From an uncultured Candidatus Saccharibacteria bacterium (lineage in GTDB: Bacteria; Patescibacteriota; Minisyncoccia; Sungbacterales; HO2-52-23), in contig CAYPPK010000001.1 of NCBI GenBank assembly GCA_964412615.1, positions 54,983-118,982 of the forward strand: DNA of 64,000 bases, written 5' to 3'. The notes under the pieces are model-generated. The model did no database searches. It saw only the letters and a list, made by a program, of their open reading frames with translations, and was not told the origin of the DNA. Shown here in pieces: positions 1-10,466 of this stretch. The translations under genes and the position numbers were made by a program. Each line of letters opens with the position of its first letter. Positions within the stretch are counted from its first letter, which is position 1.

Positions 1-1
1 T

Positions 2-343
2 CCCGAACAAAAAGCCGAACTTAAAGAAAAAGGATTTTTCACTCATCCTACTCCCCAGCCCAATTCACGCCCATACATTCGTATTGCCCGTGAATTTATA
101 GCCGAGCGTGAATCGGTTGACCAAAAATCAATTCTGCAAAAAATTAAGGTTCCAGTGCTCATTATTCAGGGGGATAGGGATTCAGTAGTTCCATTGAAAG
201 AATCGCGGGAGGCCATGCAATATTTACCCGCGGGTTCACGCCTGGAAATAATTCCGGGCGCGGAGCATCGTTTTGGTGAATCTTTAGCGGCTGCAATCAA
301 GCTTACTGCGGGTTGGTTTAATGACCACCTGCGGGCAAGTTAA
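2..343 (+). CDS. Alpha/beta hydrolase, C-terminal part (5' truncated by window edge)
   Basis: Frame is open from position 2; KVPVLIIQGDRDSVVP (acid) and IPGAEHRF (His) motifs of the alpha/beta hydrolase fold. Confidence 0.8.
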   Translation, partial: PEQKAELKEKGFFTHPTPQPNSRPYIRIAREFIAERESVDQKSILQKIKVPVLIIQGDRDSVVPLKESREAMQYLPAGSRLEIIPGAEHRFGESLAAAIKLTAGWFNDHLRAS

Positions 344-356
344 GTTATAGTGGGTG

Positions 357-1436
357 ATGAGAATTTCTTCCGTTGACACTTACACACTCGCAGTTCCCTT
401 GCCGTACCCGATATCGCTTGAAGCCAAGGAGCATCGGCTAGTTGTTGCCGAAATAAAAACCGACGAAGGTGTCTCCGGACTTGGGTATACGCTTTGTTTC
501 GGCGGGATGGCGGCCGATGTCATCCGGCTGTATTTGGAAACGCGCCTTAAACCGCGGCTTTTAGGCGCGGACCCGGAGAATATCGGCGCGCTCTGGGAGA
601 AAATGTTTAGAGCCGACCAGAATGTGCGCAAAGTCGGCATTGGCGGATATGCTTTGAGCGTTCTGGATATTGCTCTTTGGGACTTGAACGGAAAAATTAA
701 AGGTCTTTCTCTCTACAAACTCTGGGGAGGAAAAAACAACAAGGTTCCGGCCTACGGCAGTGGCGGCTGGCCCAAGTATTCGGTAAAGGAAATTATTGAG
801 GAAGCGGAGCGTTACGGGGAAAAAGGATGCGAATTTTATAAATTTAAGCTCGGCAGCAAGGATTTTTCCGAGAACCGCCAGCGGCTTGAAGAAGTGGCAA
901 AAATTCTGGGAGGCAGGTTCAAGTTGATGGCAGATGTAAATCAGCGGTTTAGCGTTGAGGAAAATATTGAACAAGCGCGCCTGCTTGATGATTTCAATCT
1001 TTTTTGGTATGAGGAGCCGGTGTTGGCCGATGATTTCCCGGCCTGTGAGAAGGTTGCCAAAAACATTAAAATCCCGGTGGCTACCGGCGAAAATAATTAC
1101 ACCAGATACGAATTTAAGGAACTTATTGACAGAGAAGCTGCCAAATTCTTGATGCCCAATGTTACCCGAGCCAATGGTTTTAGCGAGGTTGCGAGAATAG
1201 CCCAAATGGCTGCCACCGCGGGCATTCAGATAACTCCTCATCTGGTGCATGAACTTTCCATACAACTTATGGGAGCGATACCCAACGGTTTTGCGGTGGA
1301 ATTTGTGGATTGGATTCCTGACGACCTTTTTGAAAATCAGCCAAGATGCGCGGACGGTCGCTTCACTATTCCGGAAACTCCCGGCCACGGATTGAAATTT
1401 ACCCCTACTGCCTTAGAAAAATATTCAGTAAGCTGA
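357..1436 (+). CDS. Mandelate racemase/muconate lactonizing enzyme family enolase (sugar-acid dehydratase-like)
   Basis: DIALWDL, KFK, MADVNQ, WYEEP, ATGEN and PH motifs. Confidence 0.88.
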   Translation: MRISSVDTYTLAVPLPYPISLEAKEHRLVVAEIKTDEGVSGLGYTLCFGGMAADVIRLYLETRLKPRLLGADPENIGALWEKMFRADQNVRKVGIGGYALSVLDIALWDLNGKIKGLSLYKLWGGKNNKVPAYGSGGWPKYSVKEIIEEAERYGEKGCEFYKFKLGSKDFSENRQRLEEVAKILGGRFKLMADVNQRFSVEENIEQARLLDDFNLFWYEEPVLADDFPACEKVAKNIKIPVATGENNYTRYEFKELIDREAAKFLMPNVTRANGFSEVARIAQMAATAGIQITPHLVHELSIQLMGAIPNGFAVEFVDWIPDDLFENQPRCADGRFTIPETPGHGLKFTPTALEKYSVS

Positions 1437-1440
1437 AACT

Positions 1441-2130
1441 ATGCGCATTTTGATTACCGGTTCGGAAGGATTAGTCGGAGGCATACTTTTTAAGGCGCTA
1501 GCAAAAGAGCATGAGCTTTTCGGTTTAGACGCGAAAACAGGAGAAGATATTGCCGAGTTTGATAAGGGTCTAGAGATTTTCCGCAAGTTAAAGCCGCTGG
1601 ATGCGGTTATGCATCTGGCCGCCGATTCCGGGGCCGAGGCGCCGTGGGGATCGGTATTGAAAAATAATATTATCGGTACGCGCAATGTCTATGAAGCCGC
1701 GAGGGTGACTGGCGTAAAAAGAATCGTTTTGGCGAGCTCTAACCGGGTTACCGAGGGCTATGAGAAAGAGGCGCCAAAAATTATTTTTACCGAAGGCCCG
1801 GTCCGTCCGGATAGCTACTACGGAGTAAGCAAGGTATTCGGCGAGGCGCTGGCCCGGATGTATTGGGAAGCGTACGGTCTGGAATCAATTTGCCTCCGTA
1901 TCGGCAGCGTTAGAGCCGATGACGATCCGCGGACAAGTCCGCGCTACGCCAAGACCTGGCTCTCTCATCGTGATTTGGTTCAGCTTTTTCAAAAAGCGCT
2001 GGTTGCCAAGGTTCCCTTTGGAATATATTATGGCGTATCCGCGAATAAAAGCCGATTTTGGGATATAGAAAACGCGAGGCGCGAACTGGGGTATGAGCCG
2101 CAAGATGACGCCGCTTCTTATAAGCATTAA
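1441..2130 (+). CDS. NAD-dependent epimerase/dehydratase family, uronate dehydrogenase-like
   Basis: ITGSEGLVG Rossmann motif, ASSN, YGVSK, LRIGS, WLSHRD, ARRELGYEPQD. Confidence 0.8.
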   Translation: MRILITGSEGLVGGILFKALAKEHELFGLDAKTGEDIAEFDKGLEIFRKLKPLDAVMHLAADSGAEAPWGSVLKNNIIGTRNVYEAARVTGVKRIVLASSNRVTEGYEKEAPKIIFTEGPVRPDSYYGVSKVFGEALARMYWEAYGLESICLRIGSVRADDDPRTSPRYAKTWLSHRDLVQLFQKALVAKVPFGIYYGVSANKSRFWDIENARRELGYEPQDDAASYKH

Positions 2131-2140
2131 CTAGCCAATA

Positions 2141-2857
2141 ATGAAAAATCCGCAAAAACGCGCCGTTGCTTATATGACCGCGGAGGAACGACGGGGCCGC
2201 AAGGAGGAGGTTAAAAAAATTATAGGTATGGCAGATAACGATACTCCTACCAATCTTGACCGGCTTTATGCCGACAGTCGCTTTCTTTCCGTTTTGGAAA
2301 AATATTTTAAGCCATCGGGGCCGACTTTGGATGCCGGAGCTGGCCAAGGGATTTTTTTAAGCATGCTTCATCGCCTAGGATTTACCGAAACTTACGGGGT
2401 GGATATTGACGATTATCTTACCCTCGCGCGGCCTACCAGAGAGTTCAAAATTGCCGATTTTAATTTTGACCGCCTGCCCTGGAGCAATAATTTTTTCCGC
2501 AATGTTGCCGCCATAGAAGTCATGGAACATCTGGAGAATCCGTATCACTTCCTGCGCGAAGTCGCGAGAGTCCTTGCACCCGAAGGAATTTTCATCCTGA
2601 CTACCCCTAATCCGGAGCATCTTTGGAACAAAATTTCATTTTTCCGCAAAGGCGAATTTTACCGGTTTCTCAAAGGCAATGACCATTTAACTCTTTTTGC
2701 CGATCCGGTACTCAAGAAGGGGGCTCTTGGTTATTTTAAATTAAGGGAAACCAAATATAGTTTTGGGACATTTCCTTACCGCCTGTTCCGCTTTTTTACG
2801 TATCCTGCCAACAAATATTTCGGACACTCCGTTATTTACGTGTTTCAGAAAAAATGA
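2141..2857 (+). CDS. Class I SAM-dependent methyltransferase
   Basis: LDAGAGQG, EVMEHLENP, LAPEGIFILTTPN. Confidence 0.85.
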   Translation: MKNPQKRAVAYMTAEERRGRKEEVKKIIGMADNDTPTNLDRLYADSRFLSVLEKYFKPSGPTLDAGAGQGIFLSMLHRLGFTETYGVDIDDYLTLARPTREFKIADFNFDRLPWSNNFFRNVAAIEVMEHLENPYHFLREVARVLAPEGIFILTTPNPEHLWNKISFFRKGEFYRFLKGNDHLTLFADPVLKKGALGYFKLRETKYSFGTFPYRLFRFFTYPANKYFGHSVIYVFQKK

Positions 2858-4239
2858 CTATTTTTGTGACAATTGAAGATTCAGTTACGGCAAGAAACAT
2901 ATTTTCCACCCCGTTTTGGGAGTCATTTTTGGCAAATAATCGGAGGGAAAGAATAGTGGTGCTGACTCTTCCCGGAAATAAAGAGCGCTATACGAGGATG
3001 TTTGGAACTTCGGCCGGAAACGTTACCGTTGAGGCGCTAAATCCGCAATTCCATTCCCGCTTCGCGGGTTTGGTAACGTCGCTGCAGCGATCGGCGATTA
3101 ACTCCCACACCAATCTTTGGTCAAAAATGCGCGCCTATGAACGCGGCCAGACCGGCTTTATGGTTACGTTTCTCAAGCGGTTTCTTACCTGGATTTTAGG
3201 CGGTTTTCCCCCTTATAAACGTTTTTTGCGATATCTCTTGCTGAAGGCAAAACCCAGCCGAAGAGTAAGGGAAATTTTTAATAAATATAAGCCGGATTTG
3301 CTGCTTGCAAGTTATATCGCCAACTTTAATTTTGACGTTCCTTTGGTCTGCGAGGCCCAAAGAAGGGGAATAAAAACTGTGGGGATTACACGAGGATGGG
3401 ACACCTTGTCCAGTCACGGACTTCTTCGCGTGGTTCCGGACAAGCTAGTAGTGCAAAGCGGATTTCTTAAAAAAATGGCCCTGACTTATCAAGGGGTAAA
3501 AGAGGAAAAAATTACGGTTATGGGCAGCCCCTTTTATGATGTGATGTTCAAGAATCTTCCTTCTCTCTTGGAGGCGCGGGAAAAATTTTTCGCCAAACTC
3601 GGCCTTGATCCCCAAAAAAAGTTTATCCTTTACGGGGCCATGGGAGATTTTCTTTTTCCCTGCGAGGGATGGATTGCCGATGTCCTGGAAGAGTTGATTA
3701 CAAAAGGAGCGATTGCCTATCCGGCTCAAGCGATTTTCCGCCCCCATCCCAAATTTGAAAGCCCGGTGGAACGCCTGGGCAATTTCAAGCATATCCGGCC
3801 GGATCGGGACCTGAAACACTTTGAGAACAACCACGAACGCACGGATACGGAACTTGCGGATACGGGCCATCTGCTGAACCTTATTTACCACAGCGATGTG
3901 GTTGTTACCGGAGCATCCACCATTGCGCTGGACGCCGCGGTGTTCGGGAAGCCGGTGATTTGCGTAGGATTTGACCCCGGCGGATGCCGGCCGAAATACT
4001 GGCACTCGGTTAGGAGATTTTACGACCATTACACGCATTTTGAAGCGTTTATGGAAACCGGCGCGGCCCGCCTGGCCCGCACGCCGGAGGAACTTGCCAA
4101 GCACATCAACGCGTATTTGCCTAATCCCGCGCTGGACGAGGAAAAAAGAAAAGAGGCCGTCCGCCTTTTTGCCGAGCCGCTTGACGGAAAGGCAAGCGAG
4201 CGTCTGGAAAAAATTCTTTCTGAGGAAATTAGGGCATAA
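2854..4239 (+). CDS. GT-B fold, CDP-glycerol glycerophosphotransferase (TagF)-like transferase
   Basis: GWDTLSS, FRPHP, SDVVVTGASTIALDAAVFGKPVI, DGKASER; ATGA overlap with the upstream gene. Confidence 0.7.
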   Translation: MTIFVTIEDSVTARNIFSTPFWESFLANNRRERIVVLTLPGNKERYTRMFGTSAGNVTVEALNPQFHSRFAGLVTSLQRSAINSHTNLWSKMRAYERGQTGFMVTFLKRFLTWILGGFPPYKRFLRYLLLKAKPSRRVREIFNKYKPDLLLASYIANFNFDVPLVCEAQRRGIKTVGITRGWDTLSSHGLLRVVPDKLVVQSGFLKKMALTYQGVKEEKITVMGSPFYDVMFKNLPSLLEAREKFFAKLGLDPQKKFILYGAMGDFLFPCEGWIADVLEELITKGAIAYPAQAIFRPHPKFESPVERLGNFKHIRPDRDLKHFENNHERTDTELADTGHLLNLIYHSDVVVTGASTIALDAAVFGKPVICVGFDPGGCRPKYWHSVRRFYDHYTHFEAFMETGAARLARTPEELAKHINAYLPNPALDEEKRKEAVRLFAEPLDGKASERLEKILSEEIRA

Positions 4240-4309
4240 AAAATCACAAATTTATATTTTGTCAAACAAACCTTTCTTAAGTCAATCTTGTTCTAATATA
4301 TATACACGC

Positions 4310-4702
4310 ATGACGTTCATTATTACCAAAGAAAAAATAGAGGAAGCAGCATCCTCAATTCCCGAAGGGGTAAAGAAGTCGGTCTTGCTCTCTGGCTCCA
4401 AAGAAGGTCCCTACTCGGTGATGACCGTGGTAGTAGACAATGTCTTGCCAAAAGCCGAGGTGCACGAAAAGTCGGCCGATGTATGGCAGGTGCTTAAAGG
4501 AGAGGCTCTATTTATTATCAGCGGAGAGCTGGAAAATAAAACTCTGCATAAACCGAATGAATGGGTGGCCGACTCGATCCAGGGAGGACGTGAGTACTCC
4601 GTCAAGACCGGAGATGTGATTGATATTCCAGCGGGAGTCCCTCACCAAATTGACGCGAGGGGCCGAAGAGTTGAGCTCTTAATAGTAAAAATCAATAGCT
4701 AA
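4310..4702 (+). CDS. Cupin-domain protein
   Basis: AEVHEKSADVWQVLKGEA and GDVIDIPAGVPHQ cupin motifs; start moved to ATG 4310. Confidence 0.75.
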   Translation: MTFIITKEKIEEAASSIPEGVKKSVLLSGSKEGPYSVMTVVVDNVLPKAEVHEKSADVWQVLKGEALFIISGELENKTLHKPNEWVADSIQGGREYSVKTGDVIDIPAGVPHQIDARGRRVELLIVKINS

Positions 4703-5421
4703 TGATTAAAAACTATAAAATACTCGCTTTAATTCCCGCCCGGGGAGGATCCAAACGCGTACCCAGAAAAAATATTAAAGAACTTGGCGGTAAGCCGTTG
4801 CTCGCTTATACCATTGAGCAGGGCAAAGCGTCCAAATACATTGACCGTTTGATTGTTTCCACCGATGACGAAGAGATTGTCAAAGTTGCCAAAGAGTACG
4901 GCGCGGAGGTTCCGTTTACTCGGCCAGCAGAACTTGCCGGGGATGCCGTTACTGATTTTCCGGTGTTCGTGCACACTCTTGAATGGCTCCGCGACCATGA
5001 ACAGTACCGGCCGGATATTGTAGTCCAATTGCGCCCCACTCATCCGCTGCGAAAACCGGAAGACATTGACCGAGCAATTGAGCTTTTGGCCGAACATCCG
5101 GAGGCGGATTCGGTGCGAACCATAAAGGAGCCGGATCAGACACCGTATAAAATGTATAAAATTGGCGATGGGGAATTTCTTGAACCGCTGCTTCCCATTC
5201 CCGGCGTCCCGGAATCGTTCAATCTGCCCCGTCAGAAACTTCCCAAGGCCTATGAGCATGTTGGAGTAGCAGATGTGATGTGGCATCGCACGCTCATGGA
5301 GAAAAAGCAAATGACAGGAGCAAAAATAATTCCCCTTGTTCTTGAGGATTATCCTTATAGCGGCATAAACACCCTGGAGGACTGGGAAAAATATGAGTAT
5401 TGGATCGGCAAGAAACGATGA
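4702..5421 (+). CDS. neuA: Acylneuraminate (nonulosonate) cytidylyltransferase
   Basis: IPARGGSKRVPRKN, VSTDDEEI, EVPFTRPAELA, LRPTHPLR, RQKLP. Confidence 0.88.
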   Translation: MIKNYKILALIPARGGSKRVPRKNIKELGGKPLLAYTIEQGKASKYIDRLIVSTDDEEIVKVAKEYGAEVPFTRPAELAGDAVTDFPVFVHTLEWLRDHEQYRPDIVVQLRPTHPLRKPEDIDRAIELLAEHPEADSVRTIKEPDQTPYKMYKIGDGEFLEPLLPIPGVPESFNLPRQKLPKAYEHVGVADVMWHRTLMEKKQMTGAKIIPLVLEDYPYSGINTLEDWEKYEYWIGKKR

Positions 5422-6032
5422 TAATTTATTTGGTAAGACACGGAAAATCAGAATCGCGGAACGGCTTGGGGGACACGGAGGCCGCTGATAAAATACCCTT
5501 GTCCAAGTTTGGCATAATGCAGGCCAGGGCTCTCGGCCGCAAACTTAAGAAAAGAAAGATAGAGGCGGTTTACTCCAGTTCCATTTCGCGCGCCAGAGAA
5601 ACAGCCGAAATTATTTCCGCCGCTTGCGGCGTTAAAGTCCGGGAGGATTCCCGGCTTAACGAGCTAGTCATCTCCAGGACAATTTCAGATAAAGCTTCGC
5701 GCCGGCCGCTGCGTGCGCGGACTTTTCAGGAAAGGAATTTTATCCCTCCTTACGGCGAATCATTCAATCAATCCGTGGCGCGCTTTCTTGCTGCTCTGCA
5801 GGACATCGGGCGGTCCAGCCTAAATTCGGCCTGCTTAGTTTCGCATCGTGAGATTATGCAAAATGTACTGATGGATTTATTTTCTTTTGCCTCACCCCCT
5901 CCTATTCATGAGACGAGCGTTACCACGATTGTTTTCAACGGCGGTAAGTTTGAACTTATTTCTGTCAATGAACGCACTTGGTCGCCGGAAATACTCTGGC
6001 AAAAGCTAAGGGATAAATTATTTAAGTCGTAA
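5418..6032 (+). CDS. Histidine phosphatase (phosphoglycerate mutase family)
   Basis: LVRHG, SSSISRARETA, GES, LVSH; ATGA overlap with neuA. Confidence 0.82.
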   Translation: MIIYLVRHGKSESRNGLGDTEAADKIPLSKFGIMQARALGRKLKKRKIEAVYSSSISRARETAEIISAACGVKVREDSRLNELVISRTISDKASRRPLRARTFQERNFIPPYGESFNQSVARFLAALQDIGRSSLNSACLVSHREIMQNVLMDLFSFASPPPIHETSVTTIVFNGGKFELISVNERTWSPEILWQKLRDKLFKS

Positions 6033-6036
6033 GAAG

Positions 6037-7830
6037 ATGGATATTAAAGCCACAAAAACAATTCTGCTTCTCTGGAGAGCTTTCCGGGAATACCGCTACC
6101 GGATTGTTTTTTTTGTGATTTTAGGATTTTTGGCAAGTATCTTGGCTGGAGTCGGCGTTACGGTCGTTATTCCTCTTTTTGCCCTGCTGGTCGGCAACCA
6201 GGGCGGGGAAGCGGGCGACATTACCAGGTACTTTTTGCAAATTTTCAATATTCTACCTTTTGCTCTTACGCCTCGGATCCTGATCTTGGGAATTGTGTCC
6301 TTGTTTGTTTCGCGGGCGGCAATTTTATATCTATTCAGCTATGTTCGTTCCCAGGCAAGATTTGATTATCAAAACAAAGCCATGTCGGAAACTTTTTCCG
6401 GGCTGCTGGAAGCGCGCTGGCCGTATTTGCTCAAGCAGAAGCTGGGGCATGTGCAGATGGCTTTGGGCCGCGATATCCAGCAAAGCTCAACTCTCTTGGA
6501 AAATTCCGCGGAAATTCTTTTTTCTTCCGCGAGCATCATAACTTTTCTGGCCTTTGCCATGACTATTTCTCCGCAAATTACTCTTTACACAGCGGCGGCA
6601 GGGGCTCTTCTACTCGGGGGGCTTCGGCCATTGGTGGTGGCCACTAAGAGAAATGCCCGGCTTTCTACTTTTCAGGAAAGACAAGTAGCCCACTTTGTTG
6701 CCGAAAGCACCCTGGGCTTAAAAACCGTTAAAACACTTGGTGCTGAAACAGCGCTATTCAAGAAAGGCGGGGAATTTTTTAAGGTTTTGCGGGATTTGAA
6801 CTTGAAAAGGGCTCTTACCGTCTCTTTATCCAGAATATCCGGAGAGCCGGTCAGCGTTGTTTTTATTTCTGCCATCTTCCTGCTTTCTTATCGCAGCGGA
6901 GGATTTGATTTTGCGGTTTTTGCGGCGGCGATTTATCTGATCCAGCGCATTTTCGTGAATCTGCAGGCCGCCCACGATGTGTTCCAGGCCATGAATGAGC
7001 GTCTTCCCCATCTGGAGAATTTTTTGAAATTCAAGGAAACGCTTGAGGAAGAACGGGAAGAGAACAAAAAAGAAGGATTATCGTTCGGTTTCTCGCGAGA
7101 GATTATCTTCAAAGACGTTTCTTTTGCTTATGAGGAGAGAACGCCGGTTTTGCAAGGAATGGGTATGGTTCTAAAAAAAGGAGAGATGCTTGCCCTCATC
7201 GGTCCTTCCGGGGCGGGCAAGACCTCGGTTGCTGATTTGCTGCTGCGGCTATTCAAACCCGGCAACGGCGCAATTTTTTGTGACGGAACTGAAGCAGAGC
7301 GTTTTGACTTAGGCGGCTGGCGCCGGTCTTTGGGGTATGTGTCGCAAGATCTCTTTTTGTTCAATGATTCAATCCAAAATAATATTAGATTTTACAATCC
7401 GGAGGTGAGCGACAGCGAGATTATTGAAGCAGCCAAGCAGGCGAATTCGTTTGAATTTATATCCAAACTGCCGGAAGGATTTCAAACCGTGATCGGTGAG
7501 CGGGGAGTCATGCTTAGCGCCGGTCAGCGTCAGCGAGTGGTTCTGGCGCGCGTGCTTGCCCGTCGCCCCCAGATTCTTATACTGGATGAAGCAACAAGCG
7601 CTCTGGATGCCGAGTCCGAGGCCTTGGTTCAGAAATCCATCCAGGCCCTTCGCGGCTCCATTACCGTTTTTGTCATCGCGCATCGGCTATCCACGGTGGT
7701 TGATGCCGATCGGGTGCTGGTACTTGATCAAGGAAAAATAATTGAAGAAGGGGATCCGCAAAAACTTCTTGCTGATAATAATTCATATTTTCACAGAATG
7801 TACTATCTGAAGGAAGAACAGAAAAAATGA
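6037..7830 (+). CDS. ABC exporter with fused permease and ATPase (MsbA/PglK-like, probable glycan flippase)
   Basis: N-terminal TM helices; GPSGAGKT, LSAGQRQR, ILDEATSALD, IAHRLST. Confidence 0.88.
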   Translation: MDIKATKTILLLWRAFREYRYRIVFFVILGFLASILAGVGVTVVIPLFALLVGNQGGEAGDITRYFLQIFNILPFALTPRILILGIVSLFVSRAAILYLFSYVRSQARFDYQNKAMSETFSGLLEARWPYLLKQKLGHVQMALGRDIQQSSTLLENSAEILFSSASIITFLAFAMTISPQITLYTAAAGALLLGGLRPLVVATKRNARLSTFQERQVAHFVAESTLGLKTVKTLGAETALFKKGGEFFKVLRDLNLKRALTVSLSRISGEPVSVVFISAIFLLSYRSGGFDFAVFAAAIYLIQRIFVNLQAAHDVFQAMNERLPHLENFLKFKETLEEEREENKKEGLSFGFSREIIFKDVSFAYEERTPVLQGMGMVLKKGEMLALIGPSGAGKTSVADLLLRLFKPGNGAIFCDGTEAERFDLGGWRRSLGYVSQDLFLFNDSIQNNIRFYNPEVSDSEIIEAAKQANSFEFISKLPEGFQTVIGERGVMLSAGQRQRVVLARVLARRPQILILDEATSALDAESEALVQKSIQALRGSITVFVIAHRLSTVVDADRVLVLDQGKIIEEGDPQKLLADNNSYFHRMYYLKEEQKK

Positions 7831-9206
7831 CGCCTACGGAAATGAAAACAATATTTATTACCGTTTCCTCCGGTGCGGAAATTAAGAATTTCATGCTGGG
7901 TGATTTTTATAAATTGGCTAAAAATAGCGATGATATTCGCTTGGTGGTCTTCGTACCTGCGGAAAAAATTATCCGGTATAAGCAGGAATTTAACCACGAG
8001 CGCTGTATAGTGGAGCCGATGCCTGACTTTGGCGGCGGCAAAGCCAAGCAGTTATTTCAGGTCCTGACTCTAGCCAGTATTCCCACGGCAACCATCCGCT
8101 CCCGCCAAAGGTTTACTTATCTGAGCGGAGGATCGCTTTTGGCGTTTTGGGGCAAGCGGTTGATCTGGCTCCTGGGCCATCGGAAAATTTTTCGCGCCCT
8201 CCTGCGTGCCGTTGATTATCATCTCTTTCGCGAAGACCGCGTCTGGGAGGCGTACTTTATCCGCTATAATCCCGATGTTGTATTTGCTCCGGCCTTAAAG
8301 TTTGAGGAATCAATGGCGCTTATGAAGGCCGCTAAGCGTCAGGGAATTCCATGCGTGGGTATGACCGGAGGATGGGATAACATATCCTCCAAACTTTTTT
8401 TGCGCGTGCACCCGGACCTTATGCTCGTGCAAAATCCGACTATGCTCCGTGAACTTATGGAGCTCAACGATTATCCGGCAAAAAAAATACGGGTGGTTGG
8501 CTTTCCGCAATGGGACCACTATAAAGACCCGGCCTGGGAAATGAGCAAAGCCGAGGTAGCAAAAATCATCGGTGTGAATCCGGAAAAGCGCTGGATTACC
8601 TATTTTACCGGCGGGCTACTAATCGGGGGCTTAACCATGGAGGACTTGAGAGACCAAGCCGATATCTTAACCAAAGCTATAGAGTCGGGTGAGATCCAAA
8701 ACGCTCAGCTCCTGGTCCGCATACATCCTCTGGACAAAGTAACCTTGGAGGCAAAGAATCCCAGCAGCAAAGTTCTTGATTTTGGCAAAGGATTTAATTT
8801 CAGCACGGACGACATAAAGCTGCTGGCCAATCTGGTTCGCTTGAGCGAGGTGACTATCAATTTCGGCTCCACCATGACTTTGGAGGCGGCAATTTTTGAT
8901 CGGCCGGTTATTTCCATCGGCTTTAATGGATATAACGATAAAAAAATTCCTGTTTTTAAACGGCTTTCCTACGCCCTTGATAACGCTACGCATTATTTTC
9001 CCATTGAAAAAAGCGGGGGAGTGTGGCGCGCCAAAAATCCCCGGGATTTCGTGGAAGCGGTAAAAAATTATCTCCAAAATCCCCAATTGCATCACGAAGG
9101 GCGGTTAGCCATTATGCGAGACTTGGTAGGGCCGCAGGACGGCAATTCCAGCCGGAGGGTTCTGGAAGAAATTGTTGGCTTGATAAAACCAATGACCCCG
9201 AAATGA
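7827..9206 (+). CDS. GT-B fold TagF-like transferase, paralog of 2854..4239
   Basis: GWDNISSK, VGFPQWD, VRIHP, STMTLEAAIFDRPVI, DGNSSRR. Confidence 0.7.
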   Translation: MTPTEMKTIFITVSSGAEIKNFMLGDFYKLAKNSDDIRLVVFVPAEKIIRYKQEFNHERCIVEPMPDFGGGKAKQLFQVLTLASIPTATIRSRQRFTYLSGGSLLAFWGKRLIWLLGHRKIFRALLRAVDYHLFREDRVWEAYFIRYNPDVVFAPALKFEESMALMKAAKRQGIPCVGMTGGWDNISSKLFLRVHPDLMLVQNPTMLRELMELNDYPAKKIRVVGFPQWDHYKDPAWEMSKAEVAKIIGVNPEKRWITYFTGGLLIGGLTMEDLRDQADILTKAIESGEIQNAQLLVRIHPLDKVTLEAKNPSSKVLDFGKGFNFSTDDIKLLANLVRLSEVTINFGSTMTLEAAIFDRPVISIGFNGYNDKKIPVFKRLSYALDNATHYFPIEKSGGVWRAKNPRDFVEAVKNYLQNPQLHHEGRLAIMRDLVGPQDGNSSRRVLEEIVGLIKPMTPK

Positions 9207-10450
9207 AAATTTTATACATAAATAATTTTTTGAAGGGGCATAACGTCAAGCCTCTGACCGGAGGCAGAAATAAAATGGCTTTTCTCCTGATGCAGTATTT
9301 TGCCGGCGTCAAGACGTATAAGCCGGAGAAAGGTTTAGCCGGATACGAAAGCCATGAAGTTTTTATTTTCCCGTGGGGGGAGAGGGTAATGGAAGTGCTA
9401 AATTTTAGTCTGGGAGACGGACTTGTTGCAACCGTGTTGCCGACAGTTCCACCCTTTTCTTTCCGGAGGTTAATCAAGGCCATACCGAGATTAATCGCGG
9501 GCCGGGGACTGTCGCTTCGCCCTTATAAACGGGTATGGGAGTGGGCTAAGAGTGTTGTTTTTGACCAAGGGGCTGCTTTATCCTTGGCCATTGAAAAGAT
9601 AAAACCGGATATCGTCCACTCCCATCTCACCGCGTCTGACCTTCCTTTTGTCTACCGCAAATTAGGGATCAAAAGGCCTTTTATACTTACGCATCATGCG
9701 CCCGGGGAAGGAAGCGGTTTGGAGTTGTATGACTATGTGATATTTCCTTCGGAATTTCAGCGCCGGGAAATTTTACGAAAATATCCTTCTTTGGCCGGTA
9801 AATCCAAGACAATATACAACTACCTGGATAACGGATTTTGCGCCTGCCCGGGAGAAGGCAAGGACATTGTTTTTATTGGCAATCTGGGGAATAACCGTAA
9901 GGGCCTGGATATTGTGCTTAAGGCCTATACGCAAGACCCGTTTCTCAACCGCTGGAAATTTGTAGTGATAGGAGACGGTACAATGAGAGCCGAATACGAA
10001 AATTTTGCGAAAGAAAAAGAGCTTAACATTCATTTTGTCGGCAGATTGTCCGCAGCGGGCAACGCCGAAACAATGCAAAAAGCGGCCCTTTTTGTTATGC
10101 CCTCCCGGGCCGAGGGTTTTGCCATAGTATATCAGGAAGCCATCTGCTCCGGTCTTCCCGTCATAGGATATCCGCCGAATGTCAGTGAGCTTAGCGAGAT
10201 TTTGAAAATGCCGGTTGGTTTGCCTTTTGACGCCTCACGCGACAGTCCGAAAAAATTGGCGGAACTTATTAAAACAATGATGACTCCCGAGAGCGGATTT
10301 GGCCTGGAAATAAGGCAAGAAATAGCCCGGCGAGCGAGGAAGATTTTTTCTCTGGAAGGGTTCGGGTCGGAGCATGTTAATCTTTACCAAGCAGTAAGAG
10401 CCGAAGTCCTTAGAAAAGAGCATTTAAGCACGGTTCTGATTCAGGATTAA
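9203..10450 (+). CDS. Glycosyltransferase family 4
   Basis: KPDIVHSH, KGLD, PSRAEGFAIVYQEAICSGLPVI (EX7E motif); start at the ATGA overlap 9203. Confidence 0.85.
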   Translation: MKILYINNFLKGHNVKPLTGGRNKMAFLLMQYFAGVKTYKPEKGLAGYESHEVFIFPWGERVMEVLNFSLGDGLVATVLPTVPPFSFRRLIKAIPRLIAGRGLSLRPYKRVWEWAKSVVFDQGAALSLAIEKIKPDIVHSHLTASDLPFVYRKLGIKRPFILTHHAPGEGSGLELYDYVIFPSEFQRREILRKYPSLAGKSKTIYNYLDNGFCACPGEGKDIVFIGNLGNNRKGLDIVLKAYTQDPFLNRWKFVVIGDGTMRAEYENFAKEKELNIHFVGRLSAAGNAETMQKAALFVMPSRAEGFAIVYQEAICSGLPVIGYPPNVSELSEILKMPVGLPFDASRDSPKKLAELIKTMMTPESGFGLEIRQEIARRARKIFSLEGFGSEHVNLYQAVRAEVLRKEHLSTVLIQD

Positions 10451-10466
10451 TTTTAAAGCAAAAATT

